Assembly: GCA_043803405.1 (NCBI GenBank)
Contig: JAZDKB010000009.1
Location: 64,001 to 128,000 of the forward strand
DNA length: 64,000 nt
DNA from: Spirochaetota bacterium
GTDB taxonomy: Bacteria > Spirochaetota > UBA4802 > JAFGDQ01
Direction: 5' to 3'
The position numbers and the translations under genes are program-made. Of this stretch, positions 58,351 to 64,000 are shown piece by piece; within the stretch, counting starts at the first letter, position 1; each line of letters begins with the position of its first letter. The notes beneath the pieces are model-generated. The model saw nothing but the letters and a program-made list of their open reading frames with translations. It ran no database searches and had not been told where the DNA came from.

Positions 58351-59391
58351 TTACAGAATAAGCATTGCATCGCCATAAGAGAAAAATCTGCACTTTTCCT
58401 GTACAGCAGTCTTATATGCATCCATAATTTTTTCATAGCCTGCAAACGCGGACACAAGCATCAGAAGCGTGGAATACGGTGTATGGAAATTTGTGAGCAT
58501 TGCATCTATGGACGCAACTTTATATGGAGGATAGATAAATATGTCGGTTGTATTGCTTCCGGGCTCATTAATTCCTTTTTTAAACGAGCTTTCAAGAACC
58601 CTGAGGGATGTAGTGCCTACGGCAATAATTCTTCTTTTCTCTTTGCGCGCATTGTTGATTTCGTAAGCTGAATTTTCCGGCAGATAATAACTCTCGGAGT
58701 GCATTTTATGCTTGCTCAGGTCGTTCTCTCTGACAGGCTGAAAAGTCCCCCACGAAACATCCAGGGTTAGCTCTGTAAAAATTACGCCTTTCTTTTTCAA
58801 TACCGCGATCAGTTCGCCGGTGAAATGCAGCCCGGCAGTCGGTGCTGCCGCGGCTGCGCCGTTCTTGGCGTAAACAGTCTGGTAGCGCTCCCGGTCTATC
58901 GCATCCGCTTCTCTTTTTATGTATGGAGGCAGAGGTATAGTGCCTATTTCATTTAATACATTATCGTCAAGATAGATATTCGATTCAACCTGGAAAGAAT
59001 CGTTAATCTTTTTTTCAATATTAATTTCAACCGCGGGATTAATAACAGAACTGAGGACATCGCCAATCTTAAGCTTCTTTGTTTTATTACTTATTACAAG
59101 CCATTTCTTATCGCTTAACCGCTGCGTTAAAACGATCTCGGCAAGGCCTCCGCTTCTGCGCTTAAAAAAAATCCTTGCAGGAATAACCTTCGCGTTATTT
59201 GCAACAAGGACATCCCCTTCACGGAGGAATTCTTCTATTTCAAAAAATAATTTATGCCGATATCCGGAATCTGACCTGTTTAAAACAAACAACTTCGATT
59301 CGCTTCTCTTTTCGGAAGGATACTGGGCAATAAGCTCTTCGGGCAAATAGAAGTAAAAATCTTCCAGAGAATAAATTCTATCTGCCGGCAT
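58351..59391 (-). CDS. queA: S-adenosylmethionine:tRNA ribosyltransferase-isomerase
   Basis: LPEELIAQ, PLPPYI, RYQTVYA, AAPTAGLHF, VGTTS.R.LE, TNFH.P.ST, FFSYGDAM. Confidence 0.96.
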   Translation of the reverse strand: MPADRIYSLEDFYFYLPEELIAQYPSEKRSESKLFVLNRSDSGYRHKLFFEIEEFLREGDVLVANNAKVIPARIFFKRRSGGLAEIVLTQRLSDKKWLVISNKTKKLKIGDVLSSVINPAVEINIEKKINDSFQVESNIYLDDNVLNEIGTIPLPPYIKREADAIDRERYQTVYAKNGAAAAAPTAGLHFTGELIAVLKKKGVIFTELTLDVSWGTFQPVRENDLSKHKMHSESYYLPENSAYEINNARKEKRRIIAVGTTSLRVLESSFKKGINEPGSNTTDIFIYPPYKVASIDAMLTNFHTPYSTLLMLVSAFAGYEKIMDAYKTAVQEKCRFFSYGDAMLIL

Positions 59392-60544
59392 AATCCTTTT
59401 GACCGGCATCCCTGATGCTTACTCCCCTGTAGTAATACTTAAGTATTTCTTTGTAACCGGCGCCCTTTTCTGCCATACCTTTAGCGCCCCACTGGCACAT
59501 ACCAACGCCATGGCCCCAGCCGTGGCCGGAGAGTATAAGCCCGTCTTTGACCTTCTTTGCGCTAAAGAACATGCTTTTTATTTTCTTCTCAGGAAAAAGA
59601 AGACGAAGCTCATTGCCTGTTAATTTTATTGTGCCATGTTTATGTTGTATAACTGCCGAGAACACCCTGTTCCCTTTTCGCTCAAAAGAAATGCCGGAAA
59701 TGGGGCCGACACTTTTGTATTTCCTGCCGAGGCATTGCTTAATATCGTACAACGTAAGTTTTTCTTCCCAGCTGTAATAAGGCGAATCTTTGCAGAAGCT
59801 GCAGCTTACGGATTTTAAATAATCCTCGCCATCGCCGCTCCACACATTCCTGTCGTCGGTCGTTCTGCCGCCGCAGGTCGAATGAAAGAACGCGACAATG
59901 GGTTTGCCGCGGGAGAATGCCACCTTTCCCGATGTCTCATTTACTGCTGCTGTTGTGCTTTCTTTTTCAACCGAGACTCCCTTGTATACCTGGAAATTGC
60001 TGGTGCTGTCCAGGTCGAACAGTGACTTTTTGTTTTTTGTTAAATGATGATATGTATATGTCCTTGCAGCGACTGCCTGCGCCTTTAAAGCTTCACTATC
60101 CCACGAGCTGACAATTTCGCCGGGCACAACGCTGTAAAGGTATTCGTTCATCTGAATTACGTTGATCACATGCATTTTGCCGAGCACATTATGCAGTTCA
60201 ATCATTCCCCTGTAATCATCGCCGTCAATACTTAACGGGCTGCCCCACGACTCTATTAAAACCGCGTTATCGATCTTACCAGGTTCATAATATATATCCT
60301 TCCCGGTGTCGGAATATATTATTTTACCGGTTTTTTTATCGGTTATCTTAAATTTTGTTCTGGAAGATACTAAAACCCTCTGCTCTGTTTTTTTCAGCAG
60401 TATTCTGATGAATAATTTGTCAATGCCGGATACCTGATATTGTTTATAAATATATTTTTTGGAAGGCGTACAGGAAAGATACACGAGCAGAAAACAAGTA
60501 AGTGACGTTAAAAGCGTTAATGTTATACTTTTATTATTTTTCAT
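59378..60544 (-). CDS. SpoIID/LytB domain lipoprotein (lytic transglycosylase-like)
   Basis: YL..VVPGE, EALKAQAVAARTY, QVY.G, FHSTCGG, GWGHGVGMCQWGA, ILKYYY; lipobox YLS-C. Confidence 0.9.
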   Translation of the reverse strand: MKNNKSITLTLLTSLTCFLLVYLSCTPSKKYIYKQYQVSGIDKLFIRILLKKTEQRVLVSSRTKFKITDKKTGKIIYSDTGKDIYYEPGKIDNAVLIESWGSPLSIDGDDYRGMIELHNVLGKMHVINVIQMNEYLYSVVPGEIVSSWDSEALKAQAVAARTYTYHHLTKNKKSLFDLDSTSNFQVYKGVSVEKESTTAAVNETSGKVAFSRGKPIVAFFHSTCGGRTTDDRNVWSGDGEDYLKSVSCSFCKDSPYYSWEEKLTLYDIKQCLGRKYKSVGPISGISFERKGNRVFSAVIQHKHGTIKLTGNELRLLFPEKKIKSMFFSAKKVKDGLILSGHGWGHGVGMCQWGAKGMAEKGAGYKEILKYYYRGVSIRDAGQKDYAGR

Positions 60545-60700
60545 CAAGATTATAAAACGGATAAAATCTTTTTTTATAAATATTACAGCTCTTATAAAGA
60601 TCATTGGTCCACTCCCGTAAAAGACTAAAATATAAAACAAATCTTTTTCGGCAAGCAGAAAGACAATCAGTTATCAATAAAAATTCACGGGCTGTATTTT

Positions 60701-61597
60701 TTAAACTCTCGGATGATATTTCTTATGAATCTCTTTAAGTTTACGTTTGGCCAAATGCGTATAAACCTGGGTTGTGGAAATATCCATGTGCCCAAGAAGT
60801 TCCTGCACAGAGCGCAGATCGGCTCCGTTTTCAATAAGATGAGTTGCAAAAGAGTGTCTTAAAGTATGAGGCGTTATATTTTTTTCTATTTCAGCTTTCT
60901 CTACGTAACCTTTTAAAAGACGCCAAACAGATTTTCTGTTAAGCAAAGGACCTTTCTTGCTGATAAACACATACTCGCTCGTCCTGTTGCTACCGAGAAT
61001 AACAGGCCTTGATTCATTTATATATTTATTCAGCAGTCTTACAGCTTCCTCGCCTATCGGCACAAGCCTTTCTTTGCTCCCTTTCCCAAGCACCCTTATA
61101 TATCTGTTGCTGAAATCAACATTATTGATTACAAGCTCAACAGCTTCCGAAATGCGAAGCCCGCAGGAGTACAGAAGCTCAAAAAGCGCCTTATCGCGAA
61201 GCTCGTAAATATCATCTTCCGAGATAGTTTTATATAGCTTATTGATCTCTTTAATGGTTAAAAAGTCGGGTAAAGATTTTTTTATCTGAGGCGTTTCAAC
61301 TTTATTGGTCGGATTTTCAAGCTCGCCTGTAGTGTCCGAAATAAAATTATAGAACTGCCGTATGGCGGCTAAAGATCTTGCAAGCGTCCTTGACGAGTTG
61401 TGTTTTTTTAGTCTCTCGAATTTAAGGAACTGTTTTATGTCGTCACCTGTAGCGGTCATGATGTCCTTATTAAGGGACGATAAAAATTCGTTGAATTTTT
61501 TAAGATCGTAAGTATATGCATAAACAGAATTATCGGATAATCCCTTTTCAATCTGCAAAAAGCGCTTGAATCTTTTTATTGCCGAAGTCTCTTTCAA
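60701..61597 (-). CDS. xerD: Tyrosine recombinase XerD
   Basis: EKGLS.N, LY.CGLRISE, GKGSKER.VP, HTLRHSFATHL, VQELLGH..ISTTQVYTH, HPR. Confidence 0.88.
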   Translation of the reverse strand: MKETSAIKRFKRFLQIEKGLSDNSVYAYTYDLKKFNEFLSSLNKDIMTATGDDIKQFLKFERLKKHNSSRTLARSLAAIRQFYNFISDTTGELENPTNKVETPQIKKSLPDFLTIKEINKLYKTISEDDIYELRDKALFELLYSCGLRISEAVELVINNVDFSNRYIRVLGKGSKERLVPIGEEAVRLLNKYINESRPVILGSNRTSEYVFISKKGPLLNRKSVWRLLKGYVEKAEIEKNITPHTLRHSFATHLIENGADLRSVQELLGHMDISTTQVYTHLAKRKLKEIHKKYHPRV

Positions 61598-61834
61598 TTC
61601 CGGTCTCCTTAATATTTATTTATCAGAATATTTATTTCATTCAATTTTTAATATAAATTTAACAAATTGCATTTTAAGCAGAAAACCTTGAATCCGCAGA
61701 AAACCGACTGGGATTATGTATCATATTTAATAAATATATCGGTAAAAAACGAATTTGCACTTAATAGGGAATATGATTTTTTTTAATAATGAATGTATAA
61801 TTATTGCACATTGATCATGGAACTGCTGCGCTGT

Positions 61835-63016
61835 TTATTCAAACCGGAGAGCATCAATAGGCTTAAGATCAGATGCTTTTTTTGCGGGATAATAACCGAA
61901 GAAAATTCCTACAAAACTTGCGAACAGAAACGACACTATAACAGACGGCACTGAAAACAGAAAAGGCCAGTCGACAAAGAACACAATTAAAAAGTATATT
62001 ACAAGGCCAAGAGTAATACCGACAATACCTCCGGCCGAACTTAAAGTTACGGACTCGATCAGGAACTGAAGCAGAATGTCTTTCTTTTTGGCTCCGATTG
62101 CAAGTCTGATTCCGATCTCACGCGTGCGTTCACTCACCGAAACCAGCATAATGTTCATAATGCCGATGCCGCCTACAATAAGGGATATTGAAGCAATGAA
62201 CGCAAGCAGAATTGACAGCACATTCGAGATATAATCAGCCTGTTTTAATTTATCCTTGCTTGTCTCCATTTTAAAATCATCCGGCTTCCCTGCCGGTATT
62301 GAATGTATCCTCCTGAAATATTCTCTTATATAGTTCACAGTCTCGTCAACCTGCCCGGCAGAATATGTCGAAGCATTTAACTGGTCAAAGCTCTTTGATC
62401 CAATGATCTTTGTCTGTACAGTCGTATACGGTATTACGAGAATGTTATCGAAGTCCCTTCCGGAAAGAGCCTGCCCGATGGGCACAAGACTCCCGATAAT
62501 CTTAAACGGAACATTCATAATAAGCATTACTTCTCCGACGGGATTCGTAAAACCGAACAATTCCGTCCTGACTGTGTTACCAATTACCACAACCTTATCG
62601 CTTGAAATCAGTTCAATATCGGTAAAGTACCTGCCGTATTGAAGTTCATAGTCCATCATTGAAAAATAGTTATTATTTACTCCGTAAATCCTGCTTTTTA
62701 TTGATCTGTTTTTATATTTTACCGGAGTGTACGATCTGTATATTTGAGGAGTAATATACTGAATCTGAGGGAACATGCGTTTAAGATCATCCATATCCCT
62801 TTCAGTCAAAGGTCTGGCTGAATTATAAATGGAAATAGCATTCGCCCCGGCAGTATAAATTTTCTTTTTAACCGCGATTCTCGCGCTGTTTCCTATACCG
62901 ATCATAATAATTACCGACGATACGCCAATAATAATCCCAATACTGGTTAAGGCAGATCTCATCTTGTTTCTGCTCAGCGCTCTTAATGCTGTAATAAATG
63001 CATTTCTTACATTCAT
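61835..63016 (-). CDS. MacB-family ABC transporter permease
   Basis: RSALT..GIIIGV, ISLIVGGIGIMNIMLVSV.ERTREIG.R.AIGA, PI.ALR. Confidence 0.92.
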   Translation of the reverse strand: MNVRNAFITALRALSRNKMRSALTSIGIIIGVSSVIIMIGIGNSARIAVKKKIYTAGANAISIYNSARPLTERDMDDLKRMFPQIQYITPQIYRSYTPVKYKNRSIKSRIYGVNNNYFSMMDYELQYGRYFTDIELISSDKVVVIGNTVRTELFGFTNPVGEVMLIMNVPFKIIGSLVPIGQALSGRDFDNILVIPYTTVQTKIIGSKSFDQLNASTYSAGQVDETVNYIREYFRRIHSIPAGKPDDFKMETSKDKLKQADYISNVLSILLAFIASISLIVGGIGIMNIMLVSVSERTREIGIRLAIGAKKKDILLQFLIESVTLSSAGGIVGITLGLVIYFLIVFFVDWPFLFSVPSVIVSFLFASFVGIFFGYYPAKKASDLKPIDALRFE

Positions 63017-63024
63017 GCGATTGA

Positions 63025-63741
63025 CTATTTCTTTTTTTTCTTTTTTTTAACAGCAATATCCTGAATTATACTGCCGTCCCTGAATATGACTTTTCTGTCA
63101 GTAAACTCAGCCACTTCTGGCTCATGAGTAACCAGAATAATAGTGATACCCATTTCCCTGTTAAGTTTTGTAAACATTTTCATTACTTCTATTGTATTAT
63201 GCGTATCCAGGTTGCCGGTAGGTTCATCCGCAAGTATAATTGCCGGATCATTAATAAGGGCGCGCGCTATTGCGACCCTTTGCTGCTGGCCGCCGGATAG
63301 TTTATTCGGGTGATGATGCTCCCTCTCTGCCAGGCCTACGAGAGCCAATAGCTCCCTGGCCTTGCTTTTAATTTCGTGCGACCCGACATGCCCCCTGTAA
63401 AAGAGAGGAAGCTCTACATTTTCAATTGCCGAAGTCCTTGAAAGAAGGTTGAATCCCTGGAAAACAAAACCAATTTTGCTATTACGGATTTCGGCCATGT
63501 CATCATGGCTCATTGTTTTAGCTTCTGTTCCGTCCAGATAATAGCTTCCCGAAGTCGGCAGGTCCAGAAAACCGAGAATATTCATAAAAGTTGATTTGCC
63601 TGAACCTGACGCTCCCATTATAGCTACAAATTCCCCTTCAGCAACATCCATAGAGACATTATTCAAGGCAGTAACGCTGATATCCTCTCCCTGCCCGTAT
63701 ATTTTAAAGAGGTCTTTTATCTCGATTATTTTTTGTTTCAT
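63025..63741 (-). CDS. MacB/LolD-family ABC ATP-binding protein
   Basis: [42 protein letters not shown]. Confidence 0.94.
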   Translation of the reverse strand: MKQKIIEIKDLFKIYGQGEDISVTALNNVSMDVAEGEFVAIMGASGSGKSTFMNILGFLDLPTSGSYYLDGTEAKTMSHDDMAEIRNSKIGFVFQGFNLLSRTSAIENVELPLFYRGHVGSHEIKSKARELLALVGLAEREHHHPNKLSGGQQQRVAIARALINDPAIILADEPTGNLDTHNTIEVMKMFTKLNREMGITIILVTHEPEVAEFTDRKVIFRDGSIIQDIAVKKKKKKK

Positions 63742-63777
63742 GCTTTTTCAGAAAATATTAATTGAGGCTGTTTTCAA

Positions 63778-63840
63778 GAGATTTCTCACATTCGTTCGAA
63801 ATGACACGGCAATAGTCATTATATAAACTGCTATAATCTC
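63778..63840. repeat. GTCATT-type REP unit plus degenerate inverted partner
   Basis: GAGATTTCTCACATTCGTTCGAAATGACA (63778-63806) followed by GTCATT...AATCTC (63815-63840). Confidence 0.55.
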
Positions 63841-63895
63841 AAAAAAATCAATGCTTTAAAAATCTGATAGAATTAATAAATACTGAGCATATTAT

Positions 63896-64000
63896 CTATC
63901 TGATTGATTCCTTTGCTTCGCCGCCTTTATTAATTCCGACAAGTATTTCGTCACCAGTTTTAAGCTTATCCGAAATCACCTCGGTAAAGTAATCGCCTGT
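63896..64000 (-). CDS. C-terminal fragment of a probable MacA-like periplasmic adaptor (runs off the window)
   Basis: Hand translation TGDYFTEVISDKLKTGDEILVGINKGGEAKESIR*; TEV..L..GD.. pattern and position before a MacB-type ABC pair. Confidence 0.65.
   Translation of the reverse strand, partial: TGDYFTEVISDKLKTGDEILVGINKGGEAKESIR

Noticed and set aside
58351..60544. SpoIID-queA overlap as a novel link
   Set aside because: A commonly seen gene pairing; SpoIID domains do not imply sporulation
60701..61597. Tyrosine recombinase as a phage or island integrase
   Set aside because: XerD-like length and motifs, housekeeping neighbours, no att repeats or phage genes

Overview
AT-rich bacterial chromosomal window, most genes on the minus strand. 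It probably comes from an anaerobic spirochete (inferred from a FlaA flagellar sheath gene, spirochete-style lipoproteins and an hdrCBA-flxDCBA cluster). Housekeeping and metabolic genes: class I aminotransferase, pckG, MATE transporter, gltX, glnS, thiL, mlaE/F/D, moaD/E, apgM, carD, PIN/TRAM, PBP1A, HtrA, murJ, acyl-CoA dehydrogenase, queA, SpoIID-family, xerD and a MacAB-like ABC exporter. I found no rRNA, tRNA, CRISPR array, prophage or transposase. Most notable: (1) an operon encoding a PPP-type phosphoesterase, a membrane Ser/Thr kinase, a multi-TM-FHA protein and an exported vWA-TM-FHA protein, with both FHA domains lacking canonical phosphothreonine-binding residues; (2) an intact ACT plus malic-enzyme homolog missing all catalytic motifs, sitting where ispD usually follows carD-PIN/TRAM; (3) many REP/REPIN/MITE-like palindromes and 21-bp arrays in intergenic gaps, some inside operons, with no mobilizing enzyme in the window; (4) an aromatic/proline-repeat secreted protein and a PilZ protein heading a minimal Mla operon; (5) small unusual genes (RHH protein missed by the ORF track, symmetric Cys-hairpin peptide, Cache-only lipoprotein, tandem paralogous CsgG-like exported proteins). 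All family calls come from motif recognition by eye, not database searches.
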